Below are positions 45,849 through 54,916 of a stretch of 64,000 nt of DNA, piece after piece. Origin of the DNA: Arthrobacter sp. (GTDB lineage Bacteria; Actinomycetota; Actinomycetes; Actinomycetales; Micrococcaceae). Below the pieces are notes generated by a model that was not told where the DNA came from, made no database searches, and saw only the letters and a program-made list of their open reading frames with translations. The DNA lies in the NCBI GenBank assembly GCA_023264815.1, contig JAHFUZ010000005.1, positions 65,842 to 129,841 of the forward strand, in the 5' to 3' direction. Each line of letters opens with the position of its first letter. Within the stretch, counting starts at the first letter, position 1. The translations under genes were made by a program, and so were the position numbers.

Positions 45849-46385
45849 TCAGGACCGGAGGCCGGCGAAGACGTTCTTGGGACGCTGCATCTCGCCATGC
45901 TTGGCGCCGAGAATGATGACCGCGGCGGCGAAGGCAGGGATGGCCCACTGGAGCAGTTTGAGCTGCTCTTGCGCGGACTTGAGCTCGTCGGACGCCTGCG
46001 GGCTGGGTTCGGTGGCACCCTCGCCGCCCTGGTCTGCCAGCTGGTCCACTTTCTTGCCGAGGATGCCCGCGTACAGCGTCACGGCGGCGCCGGCGACGGT
46101 CACCGCCGTCTTCACCGCCGTGTCCCGCGCAACGCCGTCCTGCTGCGCAATGCGGCCCTTGTTTTCCCAGGCGATGGCAAGGTCCGCCACCAGGTGCGAG
46201 GCGAACGCCGCCGTCTGGAAGGGCGCCCATTTCATCCAACCAGCGCTGGAGAGCCTGGTGCGTTCGGCCGGGTCCTTGGCCTCGGCAGCCGCCCCATTCA
46301 GCCCGATGGCGCCCATCAGCGAACCGCCAAACCAAGCAGCGGCGGTCAGGTCGTGAATGGATCGGGCAACAAGATTTCCTGCCAT
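45849..46385 (-). CDS. Hypothetical membrane protein
   Basis: 178-aa ORF with good GC3 and several hydrophobic segments (AAWFGGSLMGAIGL, AIPAFAAAVIILGA). I do not recognise a family. Confidence 0.6.
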   Translation of the reverse strand: MAGNLVARSIHDLTAAAWFGGSLMGAIGLNGAAAEAKDPAERTRLSSAGWMKWAPFQTAAFASHLVADLAIAWENKGRIAQQDGVARDTAVKTAVTVAGAAVTLYAGILGKKVDQLADQGGEGATEPSPQASDELKSAQEQLKLLQWAIPAFAAAVIILGAKHGEMQRPKNVFAGLRS

Positions 46386-46519
46386 GATGTGTTTTCCTTA
46401 CGTCGAAACTGGTTCGGTCTTTTGTGTCCTCGACCCACCCCGGGTCGCCTACACGTCATGGTAAGCACACTTACTAATGTTTCGGAAGCCCGCCCCGGGC
46501 AGCCCAAACGCGTAATATC

Positions 46520-46813
46520 GTGGTCATGGAGACAGGCACTTTGTTCGGCTGGGCCTTCGGGGACCCATCGCGGGAAAACGACGGCGGCTACGTTTCAGGC
46601 CTTGAGAAAGAGGCGTTCAACAACGCGGCGGCAACCGCCAGGGCCAAGGGCGTCACCGTGGTGGACGGATCTGAAGTCTTCACTGTTTTGAGTGCCCATG
46701 ACAGCCTGGTGGAGCTGGATCACGCCCCGGGCAAGCTGGTGGTCCGCTGCACCGTCCACGTTGAAGGACCGGGCGCAGGCAAGATGCACGCCGAGGGGCC
46801 CATGAACGGCTAA
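46520..46813 (+). CDS. Hypothetical small protein
   Basis: 97-aa ORF (GTG 46520 or ATG 46526), 4 nt upstream of the DUF1206 gene. I do not recognise a family. Confidence 0.5.
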   Translation: MVMETGTLFGWAFGDPSRENDGGYVSGLEKEAFNNAAATARAKGVTVVDGSEVFTVLSAHDSLVELDHAPGKLVVRCTVHVEGPGAGKMHAEGPMNG

Positions 46814-46817
46814 AGCC

Positions 46818-47645
46818 ATGGCAGACGGGGAATCCAGCCTCAGCGAGGCGGCAGACGCCATCGAGGAAGCGTCGGACACCAAGGCACTGGACGTCGTGGC
46901 GCGCCTAGGCTTCGCGGTCCTGGCCCTGCTCCACATCATCATCGGCGCCATATCGATAGCACTCGCCTTCGGTCAGCCAGGCCAGGCCGAAGCCACCGGG
47001 GCCATCGAGCAAATGGGGGCCAACCCGTGGGGCCCCGCCATCCTGTGGGCCTGCGTGATTGCGTGCACCGGCCTGGCGCTGTGGCAATTGAGCGAGGCCA
47101 CGCTCCGGTCGCGGCGCCTGCCGCGTAAGGCGCGGCTGGGCAAGCTGGTCTCGTCCGGCGGCCTCGCCCTTGTTTACGGCAGCGTGGGGCTCAGCTTCGC
47201 GGGCTTCGCCGTCGGGATGCGCACGGACTCCGGCGACACCACCCGGGACCTCAGCACCGCACTCCTGAACACACCCGTCGGGCTGCCCGCCTTGGTGGCT
47301 GTGGGCCTGGCCGTCATGGGCGTGGGCGTTTTCTTTGTGGTGAAGGGCCTTCGCCGCGGGTTCAAACAGGAACTTTTCCGGTTTGACGGCACCCGCCGCG
47401 GCAGGCTTATCGATTCGTTGGGCGTCACCGGCCACGTGGCCAAAGGCGTCGCGCTGAACCTGGTGGGCCTGCTGTTCGTCATCGCCGCGGGCAAGCAGAG
47501 CCCCGAAGAATCCACCGGGCTGGATGGGAGCCTGCAGGCACTGACGGATCATCCGTTCGGCCCGTACCTTCTCGTCGCCATCGGGGCAGGGTTCATCTGC
47601 TACGGCCTGTTCGCGCTGGTCCGGGCACGGTTCGGGCGGATGTAA
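46818..47645 (+). CDS. DUF1206 domain-containing membrane protein
   Basis: 275-aa ORF with three repeats of paired TM helices (ARLGFAVLALLHIIIGAISIALAFG...). This is the typical DUF1206 architecture. Confidence 0.8.
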   Translation: MADGESSLSEAADAIEEASDTKALDVVARLGFAVLALLHIIIGAISIALAFGQPGQAEATGAIEQMGANPWGPAILWACVIACTGLALWQLSEATLRSRRLPRKARLGKLVSSGGLALVYGSVGLSFAGFAVGMRTDSGDTTRDLSTALLNTPVGLPALVAVGLAVMGVGVFFVVKGLRRGFKQELFRFDGTRRGRLIDSLGVTGHVAKGVALNLVGLLFVIAAGKQSPEESTGLDGSLQALTDHPFGPYLLVAIGAGFICYGLFALVRARFGRM

Positions 47646-47676
47646 CCGCCCAAAGACTTGGCTTCAGCGGCCCTGG

Positions 47677-47714
47677 CCCGCAGGAACGGTGCTGGCCGGC
47701 ACCGTTCCTGCGGG
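47677..47714. terminator. Bidirectional stem-loop between convergent DUF1206 and fprA copy 2
   Basis: Perfect 16-bp stem: cccgcaggaacggtgc (47677-47692) pairs with gcaccgttcctgcggg (47699-47714). Confidence 0.75.
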
Positions 47715-47733
47715 CTGGGGCCGCACTGCGCCG

Positions 47734-49200
47734 TCAGACGCTGGCGGCCACGCCGTCGCGGGAGATGGCAACCATGTCCTCGCGCGGGACCACCTTGATG
47801 CGCTCACGCTTGACCTCGACGCCATGCGATCCGCCGGCCTCGGTGGCGGCCGCGCCCAGGGCGAGCTCGTGGGCGTCCAGCGCCAGCCAGCCTTCCCAGC
47901 TGGTGAACTTCACGCCGCGGGCGTCAAGGAGTTCGACGACGGCATCCGCTTCGGGAACGGCAGCGACCGGCAGGTTCTCACGGTCCTCCAGCAGGTAGGT
48001 CACCGTCTCCAGGGCGTCGCCCTTGGTGTGGCCGATCAGGCCGACGGGTCCGCGCTTGATCCAGCCCGTGGCGTAGATGCCCGGCACGTGGGTGCCGGAC
48101 GCGTCCAGGACGCGGCCGCCGTCGTTCGGTACAACGCCCTTCTTGTGGTCGAACTCGATCTCCGGCAGGGCGGAACCGAAGTAGCCGATGGCCCGGTACA
48201 CGGCCTGGACCGGGTAGTCCACGAACTCGCCGGTGCCGCGGGCGTTGCCCGTGCCGTCCAGCTCGGTGCGCTCGAACTTGATGCCGGCCACCTTGCCCGG
48301 TTTTTCCGGGGAGTCGTAGATCTCCACCGGGCTGTGCAGGAAGTGCAGGTGCAGGCGGCGCGAAGCCTTGAGCTCGGAGAGGTCCTCGGGCTGTTCGGCG
48401 ATCCAGTTGGTGAGCGTGCCCACCATGGTCTTGGTCTGGTTGTTGCTCTGGATCTGGCGGTCCGATTCCTCGTCGAATTCGAAGTCCTCGGCGTAAAGGA
48501 TGATGTCCACGTCCTTGGAGTGGGACAGCTCGCGCAGCTCCAGCGGGGTGAACTTCACCTGGGCGGGGCCGCGGCGGCCGAACACGTGGACATCCGTGAC
48601 GGGCGAGGCCTTCAGGCCGGCGTAGACGTTGTCCGGGATCTCGGAGACGAGCAGGTCATCGGCGTGCTTGGACAGGACACGGGCCACGTCCAGGGCCACG
48701 TTGCCGTTGCCGATCACGGCGATTTCCTTGGCCTCGAGCGGCCATTCGCGGGGGACGTCCGGGTGGCCGTCGTACCAGGAGACGAAGTCGGCGCCGCCGT
48801 AGGAGCCGTCCAGCTCGATGCCGGGGATGTTCAGGTCCGCGTCCTTGATGGCGCCGGTGGCGAAGATGACGGCGTCGTAGTGGGTGCGGAGGTCCTCGAT
48901 GGAGAGGTCCGTGCCGTAGTCCACGTTGCCGAAGAAGCGGATGTCGCCGCGGTCCAGGACCTTGTGCAGGGCGTTGACGATGCCCTTGATGCGGGGGTGG
49001 TCCGGGGCCACGCCGTAGCGGATCAGGCCGTAGGGTGCCGGGTAGCGGTCAAAGAGGTCGATGCTCACGGTCAGCTCGCCGCTCTTGACGGCTTCGCTCT
49101 TGGTGAGGATGTCCGCGGCGTAGACGCCGGCCGGGCCGGAGCCCACGACGGCGACGCGCAGCGGGCGTTCGGCAGAACCTACGGTGGTGCTTGATGACAC
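47734..49200 (-). CDS. fprA: Ferredoxin--NADP+ reductase, FprA type (copy 2; fpr2-like by sulfur-cluster context)
   Basis: RVAVVGSGPAGVYAA, IAVIGNGNVALDVAR and GWIKRGPVGLIGHTK. The start is set at GTG 49200, which has AAGGA 8 nt upstream and gives an N-terminal length matching copy 1. The track start at ATG 49224 is the alternative. Confidence 0.9.
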   Translation of the reverse strand: MSSSTTVGSAERPLRVAVVGSGPAGVYAADILTKSEAVKSGELTVSIDLFDRYPAPYGLIRYGVAPDHPRIKGIVNALHKVLDRGDIRFFGNVDYGTDLSIEDLRTHYDAVIFATGAIKDADLNIPGIELDGSYGGADFVSWYDGHPDVPREWPLEAKEIAVIGNGNVALDVARVLSKHADDLLVSEIPDNVYAGLKASPVTDVHVFGRRGPAQVKFTPLELRELSHSKDVDIILYAEDFEFDEESDRQIQSNNQTKTMVGTLTNWIAEQPEDLSELKASRRLHLHFLHSPVEIYDSPEKPGKVAGIKFERTELDGTGNARGTGEFVDYPVQAVYRAIGYFGSALPEIEFDHKKGVVPNDGGRVLDASGTHVPGIYATGWIKRGPVGLIGHTKGDALETVTYLLEDRENLPVAAVPEADAVVELLDARGVKFTSWEGWLALDAHELALGAAATEAGGSHGVEVKRERIKVVPREDMVAISRDGVAASV

Positions 49201-49221
49201 GGCTGTGTTCCTTTTCTTCTG

Positions 49222-49283
49222 CATCGATTGCTGAGCAACTGCCGTTTTGAACGCTCATAACGGCGGTTACGGAGCAGTCGATG
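49222..49283. repeat. 62-bp palindromic intergenic repeat, copy A (partly decayed stem)
   Basis: catcgattgctgagcaactgccgttttgaacgctcataacggcggttacggagcagtcgatg. 52 of 62 positions are identical to 63405-63466 in my manual alignment. It lies between the cysG stop and the fprA-2 ribosome-binding site. Confidence 0.8.
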
Positions 49284-49287
49284 GGTT

Positions 49288-50565
49288 TCAGGGGGTGAGA
49301 ACTCGGGTGGTGCTTGCTGTGGTGCGGGGCTTGTTCGGCGTGGTGGTGCTGTAGTCGGCGGTCTTGAAGTGCGGCGGCGCAAACGGGCTGACGCGCACTA
49401 CGTCACCGATCACAATCACGGCCGGATTTGCCACGCCGGTGGCTTCTGCCTGGTCAGCGATGGAACCTAGCGTGCCGATGGTCACGCGCTGAGTCGGCAA
49501 ATAGCCGTTTTCAACAATACCAACCGGGGTGTCCTGGGGCAGGCCGGCTTTGCCCAGGGCGGAAGCCGAATCACGCAGCGCACCCACTCCCATCAGCAAC
49601 ACCACGGTGTGGTCGGCGCGGGCCGGGACCTCGGACAGTTCCTCATGGCCGGTGACCACGCTGAAGCCCTTGGCCAGGCCCCGGTGTGTGACGGGGATGC
49701 CGGCGGCGGCGGGCACGGAGATCGCGGACGTCACGCCGGAAACCACTTCAACATCGACGCCGTGCTGCCGGCAGTATTCAGCTTCCTCGCCGCCGCGGCC
49801 CAGCACGTAGGGGTCGCCGCCCTTGAGCCGGACCACGCGGTGGCCCTGCTGGGCTTCGTCCACGAGGATCCGGTTGATCTCCGCCTGCGGCACGGGATGG
49901 TGGCCGGGTGTTTTGCCCACTTCGATCACGCGGACGTCGGGGGCGAGCTCGTTGAGCAGTTCGCGCGGGCCGAGCCGGTCGGCCACGACGACGTCGGCCT
50001 GGCCCAGGAGCCGGCGGCCGCGCACGGTGATGAGGCCGGTATCGCCGGGTCCGCCGCCCACCAGGGCAACGGAGCCGCGGTGGGCGCGTTGGCGGCGCAG
50101 CGGGAGGTCGCCGGTTTCGAGCGCGGTGGCAACGGCGTTCCGGAGGGCCATTGCGCGGCGCGGGTCTCCCCCGGCGTTCACGGCGATCTGGACGTCATCA
50201 ACCACGGCGACGGCGGGGGTCCACGCAGCCGAGGCTTCGTGGTCGGAGGCGTTGACGCACCAGATACGCTGCGCTTCGGCGTCCTGCGAAACTTTAGTGT
50301 CTACGGCGGAATCGCCGGTGGCCGTCTGGACGAACCAGACGGCGTCGACGTCTTCCCTGCGGTACGGGCGCGGCTCCCAGGTGAGGAGCCCGGCGTCGGC
50401 CAGTTCTTTTAGTGCCGGGCAGGCAACGGGAGCAACGACGGTGACCTGGGCACCGGCGTCGAGCAGGCCCTTGGCGCGGCGGGCAGCCACCGCGCCGCCG
50501 CCCACCACCAGCACGGGGCGGCCGAGGAGGCGCAGTGCTGTGGGGTAAATATCCTGAATTGCCAT
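49288..50565 (-). CDS. cysG: Siroheme synthase-type fusion: precorrin-2 dehydrogenase-like N-domain plus uroporphyrinogen-III C-methyltransferase
   Basis: N-terminal Rossmann VLVVGGGAVAARRAKGLLDAGAQVTVVAP. The C-terminal SUMT motifs are VALVGGGPGDTGLITVRG and VVRLKGGDPYVLGRGGEE. Confidence 0.9.
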   Translation of the reverse strand: MAIQDIYPTALRLLGRPVLVVGGGAVAARRAKGLLDAGAQVTVVAPVACPALKELADAGLLTWEPRPYRREDVDAVWFVQTATGDSAVDTKVSQDAEAQRIWCVNASDHEASAAWTPAVAVVDDVQIAVNAGGDPRRAMALRNAVATALETGDLPLRRQRAHRGSVALVGGGPGDTGLITVRGRRLLGQADVVVADRLGPRELLNELAPDVRVIEVGKTPGHHPVPQAEINRILVDEAQQGHRVVRLKGGDPYVLGRGGEEAEYCRQHGVDVEVVSGVTSAISVPAAAGIPVTHRGLAKGFSVVTGHEELSEVPARADHTVVLLMGVGALRDSASALGKAGLPQDTPVGIVENGYLPTQRVTIGTLGSIADQAEATGVANPAVIVIGDVVRVSPFAPPHFKTADYSTTTPNKPRTTASTTRVLTP

Positions 50566-50668
50566 GAATCAACGGTAGGGCCGCGTCACACTGGCCAACA
50601 ACGGTACGGAAACACCCGGTAACGCTAGGTAATCCTGCGTCACATTGGTCCGGCCAGCAGGCTGATTG

Positions 50669-50812
50669 CTACTCGAGTTGAGCGAGGAATCGCCCCCGGT
50701 CAACGATGAGGCGTTCCAGGTACCGGTGCAGGACCAGCTTTTCGGCCAGGCGGCCCAGAATCCCAAACGGTGCGGTGAACTCCACGCGGTCCGTCACGAT
50801 GCTGACGGTCAT
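50669..50812 (-). pseudogene. 47-codon remnant resembling the C-terminus of an SRPBCC (cyclase/dehydrase-like) protein
   Basis: My translation is MTVSIVTDRVEFTAPFGILGRLAEKLVLHRYLERLIVDRGRFLAQLE*. GC3 is high. Only 39 bp separate it from the upstream cysteine synthase stop, so the ~100-aa N-terminal part of the fold is missing. Confidence 0.4.
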
Positions 50813-50851
50813 GGCGCCAGTCTTTCAGTCCGGAGGCCAAATAAGGCGCCC

Positions 50852-51793
50852 CTATGCATACAGCCCCGTGCTGAGATACCGGAAACCGGAGTCGACCATG
50901 ACCGTGACCACAGTGGCTTCCGGCCCCAACTCCTTGGCGACGCGCAGTGCCGCCACAACATTGCCTCCCGACGAAGTCCCCGCAAAGATTCCCTCTTCAC
51001 GGGCCAGCCGCCGGCTCATCGCCATCGCTTCGTCCGAAGAGACCCGCTCAATGCGGTCGACTTCGTCGGGCTCCCAAAGCGGCGGAATGAACCCGATGCC
51101 GGTGCCCTCAATCCGGTGGGATCCCGTTGGCTCCCCGGAGAGCACGGCGGACTCGGCGGGTTCCGCGGCGATGATGCGGACCGTGGGAAGGTGGGCCCGC
51201 AGGCCGCGCGCCGTGCCGTGGATGGAGTGGGCGGTTCCCACGAACTGGACAAAAGCGTCCACTCGGCCGTACGACTGCTGCCAGATTTCCTCGCCCAGGG
51301 CCAGATAGCCCGTGATGGCGTCACGGTTGTTGAGCTGATCGCAGGCCCAGTGGCCCGGCTGCGCGCTGAGCTCACCGGCCCGGGCAATCATGGCCTTGAT
51401 CAGCTGTTCCGTGATTTTGCCTTGGTCGCTGGGAATATCCTCCACGGTGGCGCCGAGCGCTTCCATGGTGCGGCGCTTTTCCTCGCTGAAGGCGTCCGAG
51501 AAGACCACATGGAGCCGGTAGCCCTTGGCTGCGCAGACCAGGGCGAGTGAGATGCCCGTTGTTCCAGCCGTGTATTCGACGACGGTGTCGCCCGGTTTGA
51601 TGTCCCCGCGGGCCTCAGCAGCGCTGATCGCGGCCGCGGCCATCCGGTCTTTCATGCTTCCGGTGGGGTTTGCGAACTCCAGCTTGGCGAGCAAACGGGC
51701 CGAGCCCGGCGGCACCAGTTTCCGCAGTTCGATCAACGGCGTGGAACCGATCCCCGCCAGGACGCCTTCCTCTGCCCCCGCCGCACGTCCCAT
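50852..51793 (-). CDS. PLP-dependent cysteine synthase family protein (CysK/CysM/CBS-like)
   Basis: 313-aa ORF with the PLP-Lys motif NPTGSMKDR and TAGTTG / GTGIG loops. Confidence 0.88.
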   Translation of the reverse strand: MGRAAGAEEGVLAGIGSTPLIELRKLVPPGSARLLAKLEFANPTGSMKDRMAAAAISAAEARGDIKPGDTVVEYTAGTTGISLALVCAAKGYRLHVVFSDAFSEEKRRTMEALGATVEDIPSDQGKITEQLIKAMIARAGELSAQPGHWACDQLNNRDAITGYLALGEEIWQQSYGRVDAFVQFVGTAHSIHGTARGLRAHLPTVRIIAAEPAESAVLSGEPTGSHRIEGTGIGFIPPLWEPDEVDRIERVSSDEAMAMSRRLAREEGIFAGTSSGGNVVAALRVAKELGPEATVVTVMVDSGFRYLSTGLYA

Positions 51794-51895
51794 CTGTCCG
51801 CCTCTAACTCAGCGTCCGCCCGGTCTCGCGAGAGTTGCCGGATACGACTCAAGGTATACCCGGTGGGACAACGGCGCCAGTGGTCTCCCGCGACG

Positions 51896-51932
51896 GCAAA
51901 GCCCGACGGCGGGAGGCGCCGTCGGGCTTTGC
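51896..51932 (-). terminator. Stem-loop after the Ssu-like ABC operon
   Basis: Perfect 15-bp stem: gcaaagcccgacggc (51896-51910) pairs with gccgtcgggctttgc (51918-51932). It lies 19 nt beyond the permease stop. Confidence 0.7.
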
Positions 51933-51950
51933 TGGGGAAGGCGGGGGTGC

Positions 51951-52916
51951 TTAGCGGGTGCTTCCCGCGAGGAGTCCGCGGCTGCGGAGGAGGCGCTTTT
52001 CGATCGGGGCGAACACCAGCAGCTCGATCAGGATACCGACGCCCAGGATCAGCAGGATCGCAGCCATCACGATGGTCATGTCGGACAGGACGCGGCCCTG
52101 GTCCAGCAGCGAGCCCAGGCCGAACCCGATGGTGCCGCCCACTGCGATGATTTCCGCAGCCATGAGGGACCGCCACGAGAAGGCCCAGCCCTGTTTGAGG
52201 CCGCCGAGGTAGCCGGGAAGGGCTGCGGGGAGGATGATCTGGATGGCCATCTGCAGCCTGTTCGCGCCCAGGACCGTGCCCACGCGGCGGTACTGCGGCG
52301 GGATCTGGTCCACACCCGAAATCAGGCCGTTGATGATGGACGGGATGGCCCCCATGAACACCACGAAATACACGGTGGCGTCGGTCAGTCCGAACCAGAT
52401 GATCGCGGCAGGAACCCAGGCGACGGACGGCAGGACCTGCAGGCCCGAGATCAGCGGCCCGAAGGCTCGGCGCAGCGGGGCAACCTGGGCCAGCAGCAGA
52501 CCCACCGGCGTGGCGATGGCCACCGATATCAGGAAGCCGACAATGCCGCGCTGCAACGACGTCCATAGGGCTTCCTGCAGTTTCGCATCGCCCCAGAGGA
52601 CCCCCAGCTGCCCCAGCACGTCGAGCGGGCCGGGGACCAGGTCGCGGCGCTTCACACCGAGGGTGACGTAGAACTGCCAGACCAGGACCAGGACCACCAG
52701 CGCGGCCACGGGCAGGAGCACACGGCTCCAGTCGATCCGGTGCTTGCGCGCGGAGTCGGACTGAAGCGAATCGAGCCCGGCCTCGAGCTCCCGCAGGTCC
52801 TCGTGCCCGGTGGACGTCCTCGTCAATGCGGCGTGGATGTGCCGCGGTTCGGCCGGTTCGGCTGAAGCTTCGGCAAGAGGCGTGGTGTTACTTGGCATGG
52901 CGGCGAATCTCCTCAC
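51951..52916 (-). CDS. ABC transporter permease (SsuC/TauC-like)
   Basis: 321-aa ORF. ...VLGANRLQMAIQIILPAALPGYLGGLKQG... is the EAA-type loop. The true start may be the downstream ATG at 52898. Confidence 0.88.
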   Translation of the reverse strand: MRRFAAMPSNTTPLAEASAEPAEPRHIHAALTRTSTGHEDLRELEAGLDSLQSDSARKHRIDWSRVLLPVAALVVLVLVWQFYVTLGVKRRDLVPGPLDVLGQLGVLWGDAKLQEALWTSLQRGIVGFLISVAIATPVGLLLAQVAPLRRAFGPLISGLQVLPSVAWVPAAIIWFGLTDATVYFVVFMGAIPSIINGLISGVDQIPPQYRRVGTVLGANRLQMAIQIILPAALPGYLGGLKQGWAFSWRSLMAAEIIAVGGTIGFGLGSLLDQGRVLSDMTIVMAAILLILGVGILIELLVFAPIEKRLLRSRGLLAGSTR

Positions 52917-53613
52917 GGAGCCGGGCGGTGATGACCCCGGTCAGCTGTCCGGCCAGGCCGGCGTCGGTGCGGTGTTCCTCGGTGACGGCCCATTCCTGGA
53001 CCACCCGGCCGGGCCGGGATGACAGCAGCAGCACGCGCTGGCCCAGCCGCACGGCCTCGCGGACGTTGTGGGTGACGAAGACGATGGTGCGCCCGGTTTC
53101 CTTCCAGATGCGTTCCAGTTCGTCGTGCAGCAGGTCGCGGGTGATGGCGTCGAGGGCGGCGAACGGCTCGTCCATCAGCAGCAGCTGCCGGTCCTGGGAC
53201 AGCGCCCGGGCCAGTGCCACCCGCTGGCGCATGCCGCCGGAGAGCTCGTGCGGGCGCTTGTCCCCGGCCTCGCCAAGGTGGACCAGCTCCAGGAGTTCGT
53301 GGGCCTTGGCCCGGCGCTCGGCCTTGCCCACGCCGCGCAGCTTGAGGGCCAGCTCGATGTTTTCCCGCGCAGTCAGCCAGGGGAACAGGGCGGCGTCCTG
53401 GAACATAAACGCGGCGCCGTCGCTGGGTACTTCCAGGGCGCCCGACGTCGGGGCCTCCAGTCCCGCCATGATGTTCAGCAGGGTGGATTTGCCGCAGCCG
53501 GAGGCACCGAGGAGGGCGACGAACTCGCCCGAGCCGATGGTGGCGTTCACATCCTCCAGCACCGGGGCGCCGTCGCCGAAGCGCTTGCCCAGCTGTTCCA
53601 GTACGACTGGCAT
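52888..53613 (-). CDS. ABC transporter ATP-binding protein (SsuB/TauB-like)
   Basis: Walker A GASGCGKST, signature LSGGMRQR, Walker B LLMDEPF. Confidence 0.93.
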   Translation of the reverse strand: MPVVLEQLGKRFGDGAPVLEDVNATIGSGEFVALLGASGCGKSTLLNIMAGLEAPTSGALEVPSDGAAFMFQDAALFPWLTARENIELALKLRGVGKAERRAKAHELLELVHLGEAGDKRPHELSGGMRQRVALARALSQDRQLLLMDEPFAALDAITRDLLHDELERIWKETGRTIVFVTHNVREAVRLGQRVLLLSSRPGRVVQEWAVTEEHRTDAGLAGQLTGVITARLREEIRRHAK

Positions 53614-53643
53614 GGTCCCGTCCTTAGGTTGGTGGTGGTGCGG

Positions 53644-54804
53644 TCAGTCCTGGCCGAGGCCAGCGGCGGAGATGCGCTGGCCATCGTTCCCGGTGACTTC
53701 GTTGAGGGCGCGGAGGTCAAACAGGCCCTTGATGTCGGCCTGCTTGGTGGTGCCGGCGTCCGCCCCGTCCTTGAGCAGTTTGGGGTAGGTTCCGGCAAGC
53801 GGATCCACGGTGAAGATGACACTCTGCAGGGCCCGGTCCAGGACGTCAGCCGGAAGCGCCGCTCCGGCCGATTCCTGCAGGGCGGAGTTGATGACGTCCG
53901 CTTTTTCGGCCGCCGGCGCACTGTTCAGCCAGGCCACGGACTCGGCGTGGCCGCGCAGGAGGGCCTTGACGGTGTCCGGGTGTTCTGCGGCGAACGTCTT
54001 GTTCACGATCAGGATGGTGGTGGGGAATTCGCCGGCCTTGCCGGCGAGCGAACCGTCCCAGAGGTCCTTCTCGTCCACCAGGACCTTGGCGCCGGCGGTC
54101 AGCACCAGGCGGGACGCCCACGGTTCAGGCAACCACGCGCCGTCGAGCTTTCCGTCCTGGAACAGCTTCAGGGTCTGGGCGTTCTCGGTGGGGTTGATGG
54201 CCACGTCGCCGCTGCCGTCCACGTTGGTCTTGTAGCCCTGGGATGCCAGCCATGCGCGCAATGCGACGTCCTGGGTGCCGCCCAGCTGCGGCGAAGCGAG
54301 GGTCTTGCCCTTGAGATCCGCGGCGGAGGTGATTTCCGGCTTGACCACCAGCTGCGCACCGCCTGCTGCGGCGCCGGCAATCACGGTCACCGATTCGCCG
54401 CGGCTCTTGACGAACGAGTTGATGGCCGGATTCGGGCCGATGTAGGCGGCGTCAATGGCGCCGGCGTTCAGGGCCTCGATGGCGGCGGGTCCGGCGTTGA
54501 AGGTCTCCGTGCTGAGCTTGGTGGTACCCAGGCTGCGGGCCAGAATGCCCTGCTTCACACCCACCAGCGCGGGGGCGTGGGTCAGGTTGCCGAAGTAGCC
54601 CAGCTTCAGCTCGTCGGCCGGAGCGGGCAACGGGGCGGCGGCTTCGGCCGAAGTGTTACGGGAAATGTTGGAGGCCACGATGGCGCCAACGGCAATCAGC
54701 AGGACGAGCCCGATGGCCAGGGCAGCCTCGATGGCACGCTTGCGCTGGGGAACAGCGTTTTCGCCTGCCACGATGCGGATCATCCCGGGCTTGGAACTTG
54801 TCAT
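53644..54804 (-). CDS. ABC substrate-binding protein (SsuA/TauA-like, N-terminal TM anchor)
   Basis: Start chosen at ATG 54804 (MTSSKPGMIRIV...). TM anchor AIGLVLLIAVGAIVA, then the SsuA-like ...LKLGYFGNLTHAPALVG.... The track ORF's 19-codon 5' extension was dropped. Confidence 0.85.
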   Translation of the reverse strand: MTSSKPGMIRIVAGENAVPQRKRAIEAALAIGLVLLIAVGAIVASNISRNTSAEAAAPLPAPADELKLGYFGNLTHAPALVGVKQGILARSLGTTKLSTETFNAGPAAIEALNAGAIDAAYIGPNPAINSFVKSRGESVTVIAGAAAGGAQLVVKPEITSAADLKGKTLASPQLGGTQDVALRAWLASQGYKTNVDGSGDVAINPTENAQTLKLFQDGKLDGAWLPEPWASRLVLTAGAKVLVDEKDLWDGSLAGKAGEFPTTILIVNKTFAAEHPDTVKALLRGHAESVAWLNSAPAAEKADVINSALQESAGAALPADVLDRALQSVIFTVDPLAGTYPKLLKDGADAGTTKQADIKGLFDLRALNEVTGNDGQRISAAGLGQD

Positions 54805-54846
54805 TGTTTCACCATAGGGAGTGGCATAAACCCATTCAATGAAGCA

Positions 54847-54861
54847 GAAACGGGGGGTCAC
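54847..54861 (-). promoter_or_regulatory. GAAAC-N5-GTCAC motif (GTGAC-N5-GTTTC on the coding strand) upstream of the Ssu-like ABC operon
   Basis: gaaacggggggtcac lies 43 nt upstream of ATG 54804. The same bipartite motif occurs twice upstream of the sulfite reductase gene. Confidence 0.4.
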
Positions 54862-54916
54862 GCGGGTTCATGCAGCGTCACATTTCCGGCGCGGCCCGGT
54901 GCCGAGATCGTCCGGG

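Noticed and set aside
44521-46356. 611-aa plus-strand ORF overlapping the AI-2E gene and the following region
   Set aside because: It is an out-of-frame overlap with the AI-2E transporter (44537-45706) and antisense to 45849-46385. The translation is Arg/Pro/Gly-rich and low-complexity. The other frames give recognisable proteins.
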